Origin: an uncultured delta proteobacterium
Lineage (GTDB): Bacteria; Desulfobacterota; Syntrophorhabdia; Syntrophorhabdales; WCHB1-27
Length of the DNA: 64,000 nucleotides
NCBI GenBank assembly: GCA_963816715.1
Contig: CAWFMJ010000023.1
Coordinates: 332,213-396,212 of the forward strand
Direction: 5' to 3'
Part shown: positions 28,035 to 36,785 of the stretch, in pieces
How positions within the stretch are numbered: the first letter of the stretch is position 1
Layout: each line of letters opens with the position of its first letter
Translations under genes and position numbers: made by a program
The notes under the pieces: model-generated
Seen by the model: only the letters and a program-made list of their open reading frames with translations
Told to the model about the DNA's origin: nothing
The model's database searches: none

Positions 28035-28716
28035 GAAATTGATAAAAAAGTGGGACTGGCGTATCGTATGTTGGCGGCCATCAAATCGCCCTCATATCCA
28101 GCCACGGACCTGCCTCCAAATCGGGCCAATTGACAGACCTCACCTGTGTGGAAAAGGGTGTTTCCCCACTTCTTCATCTGAAGTGACCGTCCGCTACCCG
28201 CACGCTCTTCGGCTTGCTATAGAGAACCTCCTCGGCAAGAGAGACTGCTTTGCATCTCACGACATTCTGCCTGACTACACGCGGCATTGCAACTGTTCCC
28301 TTCGCCCGGCGATTCGGCGTGAAGTACCGTCCGCAGAAAAAGCACCGCTTGACCATCGCTCCCCCCTTTCGGCAAAATGCCGTCACGAGGTCCTCCGGCC
28401 GCGACGCTCAAAAACTCAAAGGAGAGAAGCGTGCAGGGGGAAAACAGCAAAAGTCTGCCGGAGGACGGGCGCGGCGGCCGGCGCGCGCCGAGGCGCCAAT
28501 GCCTACTCTATCTCCCAATCACGGATTGCTGCAAGGAACAGAGACTTACGAAAAGCCTTCTGGGGGGTGAGGGTGTGGGCGGGCTGTCTATGAGGGCATT
28601 CTGGTGGCTGCTAACATCGTATTCGCAGAAAGGCTGTAAGAAACTTATCCGAAGGGGGGTTTTATGCCATCGACTGGGAAAATATATCAAACACCTGGAG
28701 ACTACAAGAGCCATCA

Positions 28717-28968
28717 ATGGATCTGAAAAATGTATTTAAACGTATGAGCGAGCGGTTGATGGCGGAATTTCGCCTCTCTGCTGAGATCAATCACGCTGTC
28801 GGTAAGGGGACGTTTAGAGAAGATGCCTTCAAAACTTTTCTCAAGGAATATTTGCCGGACCGATATGCGGTCGGTAGTGGCGAAGTCATCTCCTCACAAA
28901 ACCGCATTAGCGGGCAACTTGACGTTGTTAGGAGTTATGCTGCGTTCAGCCCGACGCGCCACTCGTAG
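28717..28968 (+). pseudogene. N-terminal fragment of a DUF6602-like (nuclease-like) gene
   Basis: MDLKNVFKRMSERLMAEFRLSAEINHAVGKGTFREDAFKTFLKEYLPDRYAVGSGEVISSQNRISGQLDVV matches my memory of that family up to the Q-x-D-hydrophobic motif. It then runs into unrelated sequence and a stop. Confidence 0.35.
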
Positions 28969-29180
28969 GTGGAAGCACCACCGATACGGTCGAGCATGAT
29001 CTGGTGCTCTCTAAGGACGTCCGGCGCGACCAGTGGCGGATGAAGTTGTCGATCAAGACCGGCACCAGGAGCGCATACCCATAGGCATCTACCAATTTGG
29101 CTGGACCTTGAGGTAGGTTCGTGGCCGAATACGACAGGCGATTTGCTTGCCGCCTCCAGCAATTCTTGGGGGCAAAGAGG

Positions 29181-29405
29181 TTAGGAACGCGACTGTTTAT
29201 CGCCCGCTTTGCCCTTCTGCTTTGCCTTCTCTATGAAACCATCCAAGTCATTCTTATCAAATAGCAGCTTGCCGTAAATTGTTATTGCCGCCAGTTCTCC
29301 GTCCTTCATCAAACGGTAGAGCGTCGTGCGGGAGATGCCTAGATAGCTGCACGTCTGCTTGACACTATAGAGGCGCTCCGGCATTTCCTCTTTCGTTCCT
29401 TTCAT
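29181..29405 (-). CDS. excisionase-family / MerR-like helix-turn-helix DNA-binding protein
   Basis: ORF 29181..29480 trimmed to the ATG at 29403-29405 (MKGTKEEMPERLYSVKQTCSYLGISRTTLYRLMKDGEL). Confidence 0.75.
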   Translation of the reverse strand: MKGTKEEMPERLYSVKQTCSYLGISRTTLYRLMKDGELAAITIYGKLLFDKNDLDGFIEKAKQKGKAGDKQSRS

Positions 29406-29473
29406 GGTGCTTAAGCATACCGTGTGCGATTGCCTGTGACAATGCCTATTTGCGCTTGCCCGTGCGAATTGTC

Positions 29474-29501
29474 TTGACAATTGAGAGCATATAGGTACAA
29501 T
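29474..29501 (+). promoter_or_regulatory. near-consensus sigma70 promoter
   Basis: TTGACA (29474-29479), 16-nt spacer, TACAAT (29496-29501). It is divergent from the excisionase gene, and GACAAT-containing repeats lie just upstream. Confidence 0.5.
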
Positions 29502-29798
29502 TAAGTATGTATAGTAACGAGTACAAAAAACAGTGATCGAAGAGAAAAAAAAGGGGGGGTCGCGGCGAAGACTGTAGGTCCATCAGACTCTCAACCGCTG
29601 AGTCTTTGGGCCGAGAATTAGAAGACGAACGGAAAAGCCCGCTACGAACGGAGCTCTGCTCATTCGCATCATGAGAACGCAAGTAAGAGCGCGGGCGCGA
29701 AGGGATGAGCGGTGCCTGAGGGACGAATTAGCCAAGAGGCCCAGCCTGGAGAAAAGAAACCGCAAGAAAAGAGGTAAAAACCCTGGCGAGGTTATGAG

Positions 29799-30044
29799 AT
29801 GGTAGGGAATAGAAAGTCGCTTGAACAACTGACTAAGGAAGACTATCAAAAAGCCCTCAGCGAGATTCAAGGGGCGCTGGCGGCGTGTGTGGGCGAGCTC
29901 ATCATTCTCGGAGGCTTTTTAGATTCGGACCTTTCGCTCGATCCTGAGAACACGCACTACGTGCTGATAGCGGCAAAGGACATTGTGCAAGCCGCCTGCC
30001 AGTCTGTGAAGACGGCGCTGAGCTACACGTATCCGATGGTGTAG
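29799..30044 (+). CDS. hypothetical protein
   Basis: 81-aa ORF and the first ORF downstream of the 29474 promoter. No motif recognised. Confidence 0.3.
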   Translation: MVGNRKSLEQLTKEDYQKALSEIQGALAACVGELIILGGFLDSDLSLDPENTHYVLIAAKDIVQAACQSVKTALSYTYPMV

Positions 30045-30197
30045 AACGTGACGACATCCCGAAAGATGGAGGCAACGGTTCCCGGCCACAATTTATTGGC
30101 CATAACAACAGGTGTTTGTGAGGCTATTCAAGATTCTTTTTCGCGATGAGCAAGAAAATCGCTTGTGCGCTTGTGAAAACTAGACATTCTGGCTGCA

Positions 30198-31520
30198 ATG
30201 CAGTATGGTCTTCCCGTGAGGACGACTCTGCATCTGCGATTCCCCGGAATGCGAAAAGCGCTGCTCAAGCGCTTCTCCCGCATCGCCGACCATCGGGACA
30301 GGGAGAAGGTGGACCACGAGCTGAAGGACGTGTGCATGAGCGCCCTGGCGATGTTCTGCTTTCAGGACCCCTCGCTGCTCCAGTTCCAGAAGCGTCTGAA
30401 AGCCCCCACATTGACCGCTAATCTCAAAAACCTGTGGTCTATCGAGTCCGTCCCTTCGGATACGCAGATGAGAGCCGTCATGGACGAAATCGACTCCGGG
30501 GAGTTCGAAAGCCTCTTCACGACCTTCTTTCGTCTCTTGCAGCGGGGCAAGCATCTTGAACAATATCGGGCGCTCGGCAACTATTATCTCTGCGTCGTGG
30601 ATGGGAGCGAATACTTCAGCTCCGACCATATCGGCTGTCCCTCTTGTCTGCGGCGGAAGACAAAAAAGAAACGGGGAGACATCCTCCAGTTCTCCCACCA
30701 GATCGTCCAGGCAGCGCTCGTCCATCCGAAGCTTTCCCAGGTCATCCCGTTGTGTCCGGAACAAGTGCGCAACGCCGACGGGACGGAGAAGCAGGACTGC
30801 GAAACAAATGCGGCAAAGCGGCTTCTCGGGAAGATCAGGAAGAGCCATCCGAAGCTCCCCCTCGTCATTGTCGCCGACAGCCTTTATTCGAAGCAGCCCA
30901 TGATCGAGGCCGTCGTTTCGCACGGCATGCATTATGTGCTTACGGCCAAGCCGGAGGACCACAAGTTCCTCGTGGAATGGGTCGACGGTCTGCGTCCGCT
31001 CAATGAGGTCATGCATATGGAATACGCAGACCAGAAGGGCAGGACTCACGTCTATGAGTGGGTCAACGAGGTTCCGTTGAACGGCAACAAGGATGGGCTG
31101 TTGGTCAACTATTTTGAGTACTGGATGAAAGACGGCGAAAGGACGGCGTACCACAACAGCTGGGTCTCCGACTTCCCAATAGACGACGAGAACGTAGAGG
31201 AGTTGGTCAGGATCGGACGAAGCAGATGGATGATCGAGAACGAGGTCTTCAACACCGTCAAGAACCACGGCTATCACATCGAGCACAACTGCGGCCACGG
31301 GGTGAAGAACCTCTCCTTCAACTTCTTCCTCCTCAACCTGATCGCCTTCTTCCTGCGCCAGATCTTCGAGCTGACCGACCGGACCTATCAATGGCTCAGG
31401 AAGAAGCTGGGGAGCAAGAAGAATCTGTGGGATCACTTGCGCGTGTACTGTCACGCGATCGTCTCCCCGGACTGGGAGGATCTGCTGCTCCGAATTGCGC
31501 GCGATTACGGGCACGGCTGA
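30198..31520 (+). CDS. DDE transposase (IS4/ISNCY-like; family uncertain)
   Basis: 440 aa with VVDGSEY, IVADSLYS and GRSRWMIENEVFNTVKNHGYHIEHNCGHG. I could not define the terminal inverted repeats. Confidence 0.85.
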   Translation: MQYGLPVRTTLHLRFPGMRKALLKRFSRIADHRDREKVDHELKDVCMSALAMFCFQDPSLLQFQKRLKAPTLTANLKNLWSIESVPSDTQMRAVMDEIDSGEFESLFTTFFRLLQRGKHLEQYRALGNYYLCVVDGSEYFSSDHIGCPSCLRRKTKKKRGDILQFSHQIVQAALVHPKLSQVIPLCPEQVRNADGTEKQDCETNAAKRLLGKIRKSHPKLPLVIVADSLYSKQPMIEAVVSHGMHYVLTAKPEDHKFLVEWVDGLRPLNEVMHMEYADQKGRTHVYEWVNEVPLNGNKDGLLVNYFEYWMKDGERTAYHNSWVSDFPIDDENVEELVRIGRSRWMIENEVFNTVKNHGYHIEHNCGHGVKNLSFNFFLLNLIAFFLRQIFELTDRTYQWLRKKLGSKKNLWDHLRVYCHAIVSPDWEDLLLRIARDYGHG

Positions 31521-31812
31521 CGATGACGGCAGCGATCGTCCCCCTATTATGGCTCTATCATTCCATTGCCGACGGGGAAGGCGCGCTTTTGACTCCGATT
31601 TCCTGTATGTTCTTGGGTCTTTTGCCCTGGACGAGAGAGGCGACGGCGACCATGCGAGAGACGAGTGGAACTCGGACAGCGGTCGAAAGCAGGATAGGCG
31701 GCATGATCCGATAGAAGAAAAGGGTTCACCGGGATTTGCTGTGAGATGGAGGTGAGCGGCTTGACTTTCTTGAAGACACGGATGTGTCGAAGCGAGTGTG
31801 CCATGGAAGGCC

Positions 31813-31879
31813 GTGAGCCCTGTGAGCCCTTTCTGAGCCCTTCGTCCTTATGAGCCCTGTGAGCCCTTTCTCAGCCCTT
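31813..31879 (+). repeat. 30-nt direct repeat, two copies 7 nt apart
   Basis: GTGAGCCCTGTGAGCCCTTTCTGAGCCCTT (31813-31842) versus ATGAGCCCTGTGAGCCCTTTCTCAGCCCTT (31850-31879). The second copy encodes the C-terminus and stop of the 31848..33311 gene. Confidence 0.7.
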
Positions 31880-33311
31880 TCCTTGATAGTACGTAGTAGG
31901 TTCCTTTTCCGGTAGTGCCGATCTTCTCTAGAACGCCTTTAACCAAGAGTGTATCAAGATCCCTGCTTGCGGTCGGTTTGGAGACCCCCATAAACGCCCG
32001 GTATTCGCTATTGGAGATCCTATTCTGGGTCTTTAAGAGCATGATGGCTTTCCTCTGCCGCTCGTTCAACTCGAGTCCCGCTACGACGGTGTCGGTCAGC
32101 CAATCCCGCCAGATGGTCACAACGAAGAAGCCGCCGCGCTGCTCGAACTGCGGCTCAGGCAGCCCTGCATCTTTGCATAGAGAGATCATGGCTTGAGTGC
32201 CGGAGCCGACCCCCTCTATGTAGCGCGTCAGATACAGGGAGTGTGCGACGAGTGGGTTGTATGGCACCGAAGGATGGTCACGCCGCAGGCTCTCGAAGGT
32301 CAGGGTATCCGGTAGTTTGCCCGGATTCCAAACTTCAAGACGGTCGCTGAATAGGCGTACTTCTACCGAGGATTTGCTGTAGTAATCACGGTGAGCAATC
32401 GCGTTGACGACGGCCTCTCCCACTGCATCCGGCGGAAGCTCATAAGAGGCCGGGGCGGTGATGGCGTCAGCTCGGGTCCCGACGGAACGGCCGATCTTGC
32501 CAAGCACAAAATCGCGGGCGTTATCAGCCTGACTGAAGAGATCCCCCTCGTATACCTGCAACGAGGCGAACGGGCGCAGGTACTCGGTGCCGTGACAGGA
32601 GACGCACTTGGTCTGGGCGGATTGGTGAAATTGCTGGGGATTACTTCCGAAAAGGAGGACGGCCGCATGTGTTGGCTTGCCACGTTCTAGCAGATTGAGG
32701 TGGGTTAGAAGCGCTCGCGTGGATGTATTCTGCTTGAGAGGAAAACCACGCGTACTACGGGCCCTGTCAAGAAACCAGTCGACACGCTTACGTGACAAAT
32801 GGCCAAGGGTGGCATCGTCACAAGGCGACGTGTCGAAGGGCGGGGAGATAAGCGTCCCCTTTTCGTCAAGGTATTCAACAAAGCTGTTGTAGACCTCCGC
32901 CGTCAAGGCGCTCATGTCGTCGACCCTGCGGCGAATAAGCTCGTTGCCGGCTTTGCGAATTAAGATCTTCATTTTTCCGGCGCGCCGCGAGTCATCCGAC
33001 CCCCAGACGTAGATGAGCCTGGTCTTCCCCAGCTTGCTGGCATAATCATATTCATGCTCGGTTGGAGAGATGCCCTTATTGTCTTCGGCGCCATACTCGT
33101 ATCCGAAGATGCCCAAGTAAATATGGCAGCGTTTCACCTCTTCGAGATAGACCTCATCGGAGCGACGGTCCTTGGCGGGGAGATCCTCAAAGAGAAAGAC
33201 CTCCGAAATGAAGCGACGGAGGACCGCATCACCCAGGAGAAAGGCCTTCAAATCCTTGCGGACTTGTTGAAATTCTTTTTGAACGCTGCTGACAAATACC
33301 TTGAGTTTCAT
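31848..33311 (-). CDS. DUF4062 (TIR-like) domain fused to a Schlafen/AlbA_2-associated HATPase_c_4 + wHTH module
   Basis: 487 aa. The N-terminus KVFVSSVQKEF...IYLGIFGYEYG...SPTEHEYDYA is DUF4062-like. The middle ELPPDAVGEAVVNAIAHRDYYSKSSVEVRLFSDRLEVWNPG is HATPase_c_4-like. The C-terminus is a winged helix. Confidence 0.75.
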   Translation of the reverse strand: MKLKVFVSSVQKEFQQVRKDLKAFLLGDAVLRRFISEVFLFEDLPAKDRRSDEVYLEEVKRCHIYLGIFGYEYGAEDNKGISPTEHEYDYASKLGKTRLIYVWGSDDSRRAGKMKILIRKAGNELIRRRVDDMSALTAEVYNSFVEYLDEKGTLISPPFDTSPCDDATLGHLSRKRVDWFLDRARSTRGFPLKQNTSTRALLTHLNLLERGKPTHAAVLLFGSNPQQFHQSAQTKCVSCHGTEYLRPFASLQVYEGDLFSQADNARDFVLGKIGRSVGTRADAITAPASYELPPDAVGEAVVNAIAHRDYYSKSSVEVRLFSDRLEVWNPGKLPDTLTFESLRRDHPSVPYNPLVAHSLYLTRYIEGVGSGTQAMISLCKDAGLPEPQFEQRGGFFVVTIWRDWLTDTVVAGLELNERQRKAIMLLKTQNRISNSEYRAFMGVSKPTASRDLDTLLVKGVLEKIGTTGKGTYYVLSRKGLRKGSQGS

Positions 33312-33509
33312 GCCTTTTCCATCATCCTACGCAGCGGCTCCGGTGCTCCCTGCACCATAATGTCGCATTTTACCGCGTAAGTATGAAGGAAATCAACGCG
33401 ACACACATCATACCCAAGTTCAGGCAGTGTGCCCATCATGCTTGAAGGTGTGCCGGATCGTCGGAAGTGAAGTTGATCAATTCCCGAGTCGACTGTGGTC
33501 CTTTGGTTC

Positions 33510-33531
33510 GCCTACGTTTCGCCTACGTGTT
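33510..33531 (+). repeat. tandem 11-bp arm-type site (GCCTACGTTTC GCCTACGTGTT)
   Basis: Same core and orientation as 21386-21407. It lies 27 nt inside the right att core. Confidence 0.5.
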
Positions 33532-33557
33532 TTTTTGAACGGATTCCCTTGAAAATA

Positions 33558-33580
33558 TGGCGGGGGAGAGGGATTCGAAC
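33558..33580 (-). repeat. tRNA 3-prime-end fragment (att core, right copy, 1-nt shorter)
   Basis: TGGCGGGGGAGAGGGATTCGAAC equals the left copy minus one A. The shared AAATATGG extends the repeat leftwards. I could not fold the adjacent 70 nt into a cloverleaf. Confidence 0.55.
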
Positions 33581-33952
33581 CCTAGCCCTTAACTCCCGTC
33601 AACCGCAAATAGAACCACCTACTCCGCCGTCATCGCTGACCTCATAGAGACGACATCAAACGCTATCAAGGACATCTTCACCAATCCGGCGAGCCAACGG
33701 AGCGTCGAGGACACCATAACGGCCCGACCCCCCCATGGGGGTTAGTTGGCTTTTTTTGGGGCTTTTCTCGGGGCATATAAGTTTTTGTGACATTACATAA
33801 GGCTGTTAAAACAATATCTTACACGCGTAATGTGATGGCCGCCGCCACCATAAGTATTTAATATCATCGGTGGTTTTTGTCAGCCTTTTGAACTGGTGAC
33901 AGTCTGGTGACAGTCGCCGATTTCCTGAGGCTCAATTTTAACAGCTGGACCT

Positions 33953-34168
33953 TCAAGTTCTCAAGGTCGGCATGAGGTATTTCTCGGTCGGCTTGTATCT
34001 CCTTGGCGCTTCGCAGTGATCGAAGGCCGCCTTGTAGACGCCGTCGCCCGGAAGCTTCTTGAGGTTCTCAACTTCAGAGAGATAGGGCCTCAGTATCTCG
34101 TCTCGCGGCGGTCTTACCCGCTTCTGGAGATCGAAGAAAAGGGAGGCGTTCTCGCTTCCATCCTTCAT
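33953..34168 (-). CDS. small hypothetical protein
   Basis: ORF 33953..34405 trimmed to MKDGSENASLFFDLQKRVRPPRDEILRPYLSEVENLKKLPG.... The upstream part of the ORF looks non-coding. Confidence 0.3.
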   Translation of the reverse strand: MKDGSENASLFFDLQKRVRPPRDEILRPYLSEVENLKKLPGDGVYKAAFDHCEAPRRYKPTEKYLMPTLRT

Positions 34169-34427
34169 TGCCTTTTTTTCGGCTGATGAGTGGTTTCGGT
34201 TTTGCCATGCCTGGGAGTTCGCCTCCTGTTTCTTCAACTGCGGGCAGCGTTGATCGCAGGCTTGGCGGCAGCGCACGGGTGAGTTCCTACGTAGAAATAT
34301 CGATAGGCTTGTCGATGGCGACAAAACAGATCCCGGTCGATTCTCTACGCAACGCGTAGAGTTCTCGACACGTGAGAAGACGAGGTAGGACTGCCTGAAG
34401 TTCAAGAAGATTTGCCTCCGACACTAT

Positions 34428-35432
34428 TCAATTCCTTCTGTTTATAAGGTTCACAATGACCTTGATCATCACATCCTTTTCTTCGGGCCTGCTTTCGGCG
34501 ATCATGAGCGTCAGGGCCACAAGGGCGTTGTCCCCGATACGCTTTGTCCCGTCCTGCCGGTAGAGGACCCCGTTGGTGTCGAGAAACCAGAGGAAGAGCG
34601 ATGCCGCGATGCGCTTGTTGCCATCCACAAAGGAGTGGTTTTTCACGACAAAATAGAGAAGGTGCGCGGCTTTTTCCTCGATGCTTGGATAGAGCTCCTT
34701 GCCCCCGGAAGTCTGATAGATTGCCCCAAGAGAGCTCTTGAAGGAATCGTCCTTTTCCCGTCCGAAAAGATTGCTGGCGACTCCCGATTTGATTGCAAGC
34801 CGTTCTATGGCTTTGCTGGCAGTCTCATAGGTGATGACGAACCATGCCCGCTCCGTCGTATCATCAATGACAAGCCTGTTGTAGTCGTAGTCATCGAGGA
34901 GTTTGAGCGCCATGGAATAATCGGCGATGACTTTTAGCAGACCTTCCGCCTCCTGCCCCGCCAGTTGGCGCTCATCAACTATCCTTCCAAGGAGGTCGAC
35001 CGTCCGCTGCAACTCGCGGAGGCGCTCGTTTTGTTCTCTCAAACGTTTTTCGTTGACCGTATATCCTTTTAGAATATGGTCTTTCAGGACCTGTGTTGCC
35101 CAGATGCGGAACTGGGCGCCCCGGAGCGACTTTACCCTGTAGCCCGTTGAGATGATGACGTCCAGGTTGTAGAACTCAATGTCACGCGTAACCGCCCGCC
35201 CCCCTTCCGTTTGAACTGTTGCATATTTTGCAACAGTTGCCCCTTCTGTCAGCTCTCCTTCTCTGTAAATATTCCTAATGTGCTTGGATATGACTGATTT
35301 GTCGCGCTGAAAAAGGGCGGCGATTTGGTTGAGGTTCAGCCAAATCGCCTCCTTTTCGAGCCTGACGTCGAGCCTTGTATGGCCGTCTTCTGTCTGATAA
35401 ATGAGGATTTCCCCCGTCGGAGCGTCGGTCAT
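34428..35432 (-). CDS. RhuM-family protein fused to a Fic/Doc domain
   Basis: 334 aa. The N-terminus IYQTEDGHTRLDVRLEKEAIWLNLNQIAALFQRDKSVISKHIRNI is RhuM-like. The C-terminus carries the Fic motif HSFVDGNKRIAA. Confidence 0.85.
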   Translation of the reverse strand: MTDAPTGEILIYQTEDGHTRLDVRLEKEAIWLNLNQIAALFQRDKSVISKHIRNIYREGELTEGATVAKYATVQTEGGRAVTRDIEFYNLDVIISTGYRVKSLRGAQFRIWATQVLKDHILKGYTVNEKRLREQNERLRELQRTVDLLGRIVDERQLAGQEAEGLLKVIADYSMALKLLDDYDYNRLVIDDTTERAWFVITYETASKAIERLAIKSGVASNLFGREKDDSFKSSLGAIYQTSGGKELYPSIEEKAAHLLYFVVKNHSFVDGNKRIAASLFLWFLDTNGVLYRQDGTKRIGDNALVALTLMIAESRPEEKDVMIKVIVNLINRRN

Positions 35433-35788
35433 TTTTCTCCATCTCCAAGAGGGAAGCCGAGGGAGGTAAGGCTCTTCCTTATTTCGCTTTCTGTCCGCGC
35501 CGACTTGGCGAATTGATCCCTGAGAGCGGCCTCAAGGCGGGTCATTTCCTCGTGAAGGGGCTCGCCGTCATCCTCGGTTGCGGTTGCCCCCACGTAGCGG
35601 CCGGGCGTGAGCGCGTGGCCCTGTACGCGTATACCATCGAGTGCAGCTGGCTTGCAAAAGCCCGGTATATCGGCGAAGGTAAAATCCCGGAGGCCTGGAT
35701 CGACACGCCATGCATGATAAGTTGCGGCGATCTTCCAGATATCTTCGTCTGTCAGTTCTCGATACATCCGGTCGATCATGGCGCCCAT
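35429..35788 (-). pseudogene. C-terminal fragment of a type I restriction-modification methylase (HsdM)
   Basis: 119 aa, ...LTDEDIWKIAATYHAWR...GFCKPAALDGIRVQGHALTPGRYVG...DDGEPLHEEM. The upstream frames (35789-35950) show only broken HsdM-like pieces with stops. Confidence 0.65.
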
Positions 35789-36296
35789 CCTACCGGCATC
35801 GATCCTTCATTTGTCCCTTGGCGGTTGTTCGCTATCCATGCCTCGCGATGTGGCCCGCGTTTGCTTTCCCTCCTTCTACCTCGATCAACGTGCTTTTGCA
35901 AGCAAAAATATGGGAAGGAATGGAGGAGACGATAGAAGGGTGTGGCAGCAACCGATTCAGGACGGGTTCACAAAACCGGCCACGCGATTCCAACCCGGAC
36001 CGGTTGACCTTGCTACGGTTGTTGGAGCGCGAACGCCAGAGCCTTAACGAGGATGACCATGACAAAGAGGATGACGGCCAGGTAGATCGCCATTTTCTCC
36101 TTGATCTGGATAAGCGCCAACTGGATCTCCCGTCTCGTATCCATTATGCGCATAGCGATGTCGTCCGTGGAATCATGAATCTCCCATCCCCGCTCTGGGG
36201 ATCGTTTTTAAGATCCCCTACAAAACGGACCGCGATGCCTCGGCCGGTAGATATGTCAAGCGCGGCCACAAACGCATCTCCAAGTACTACGAATAG

Positions 36297-36454
36297 CCTG
36301 CACGTGGTCTCCCGGGCGACGGGGACGTTCGTAGAATAGCCTCCTTGAAACGCGTTAACACACGTGTTAACCTTTTCCACGAGAGCCGGAAGACCCACCC
36401 ACGGCCGAGATAGAGCGGGCGGAAAGCTACAAGGGACCGCATGAGGGGGCATAA
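36297..36454 (+). pseudogene. degraded HigB/RelE (Gp49-like) toxin remnant
   Basis: GDVRRIASLKRVNTRVNLFHESRKTHPRPR* then, one frame over, EIERAESYKGPHEGA* ending 3 nt before the XRE start. There is no start codon, and a stop lies at 36294. Confidence 0.4.
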
Positions 36455-36457
36455 TCC

Positions 36458-36721
36458 ATGAGCGACCTTGACAGCTACATCGACGAGAGGAAAAGGACAG
36501 ACAAAGGGTTCGCCGAGGGATTCGAGGAGTTCAAGATCGGTGAAATCCTTCGCCAGGCCCGGGAGGCCGCGGGTCTGACCCAGGAGGAGCTGGCCGACCG
36601 CCTTCACACCAAGAAGACGGCCATATCGAGGATCGAGAACCACGCGGAGGACATTAAGATCTCGACCCTGAAGCGTGTTGCCAAGGCGCTGGGCAAACGG
36701 ATTCAGATCAATCTGGTATAG
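36458..36721 (+). CDS. XRE-family HTH protein (HigA-type antitoxin-like)
   Basis: 87 aa with LRQAREAAGLTQEELADRLHTKKTAISRIENHAEDIKISTLKRVAKALG. Confidence 0.8.
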   Translation: MSDLDSYIDERKRTDKGFAEGFEEFKIGEILRQAREAAGLTQEELADRLHTKKTAISRIENHAEDIKISTLKRVAKALGKRIQINLV

Positions 36722-36785
36722 CCAGTGGAGAATCCCCGCATCGAAGCCATAAAGGCTCGCCTCGCCGAGCTCGAACTGGAAAGAG

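Larger units (their letters stand above)
21302..33580. mobile_element. ~12.3 kb integrative element (integrase at left end, excisionase, IS insertion, cargo genes)
   Basis: It is bounded by the two tRNA-like direct repeats. Arm-type tandem repeats sit just inside both ends, and integrase and excisionase genes lie inside. Confidence 0.5.

Noticed and set aside
27821-28386. ATGA-coupled ORF pair (70 aa with a CxxC motif, then 118 aa)
   Set aside because: The 118-aa ORF runs straight through the perfect 15-bp terminator-like hairpin at 28000-28034 and has no motifs. The 70-aa ORF is too short and unsupported to call, though it could be a real small Cys-motif protein.
30180-31514. 444-aa minus-strand ORF
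   Set aside because: It is antisense to the DDE transposase and has no recognisable motif.
30045-31600. Terminal inverted repeats and target duplication of the IS carrying the transposase
   Set aside because: The best candidate (GCCATAA at ~30099 versus its complement at ~31547-31553) matches over only 7-8 nt. That is too weak to define ends by eye.
33558-33645. Possible complete minus-strand tRNA gene at the right att site
   Set aside because: The acceptor 3-prime strand is one nt short, the T-stem pairs only 4 of 5, and I could find no D-arm or anticodon stem-loop in the adjacent ~70 nt. I treat it as a fragment. tRNAscan-SE would settle it.
33894-33915. Tandem 11-mer TGGTGACAGTC x2 as an iteron or operator
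   Set aside because: There are only two copies, with no associated replication or regulator gene and no further copies in the window. I noted it but it is not interpretable.
34166-34208. A7 run (34173-34179 on the minus strand) as a programmed -1 frameshift site joining MAKPKPLISRKK... to the downstream small ORF
   Set aside because: There is no transposase or other family context. The A-run lies only 5 nt upstream of a normal ATG (34168), where it can simply be part of the ribosome-binding region.
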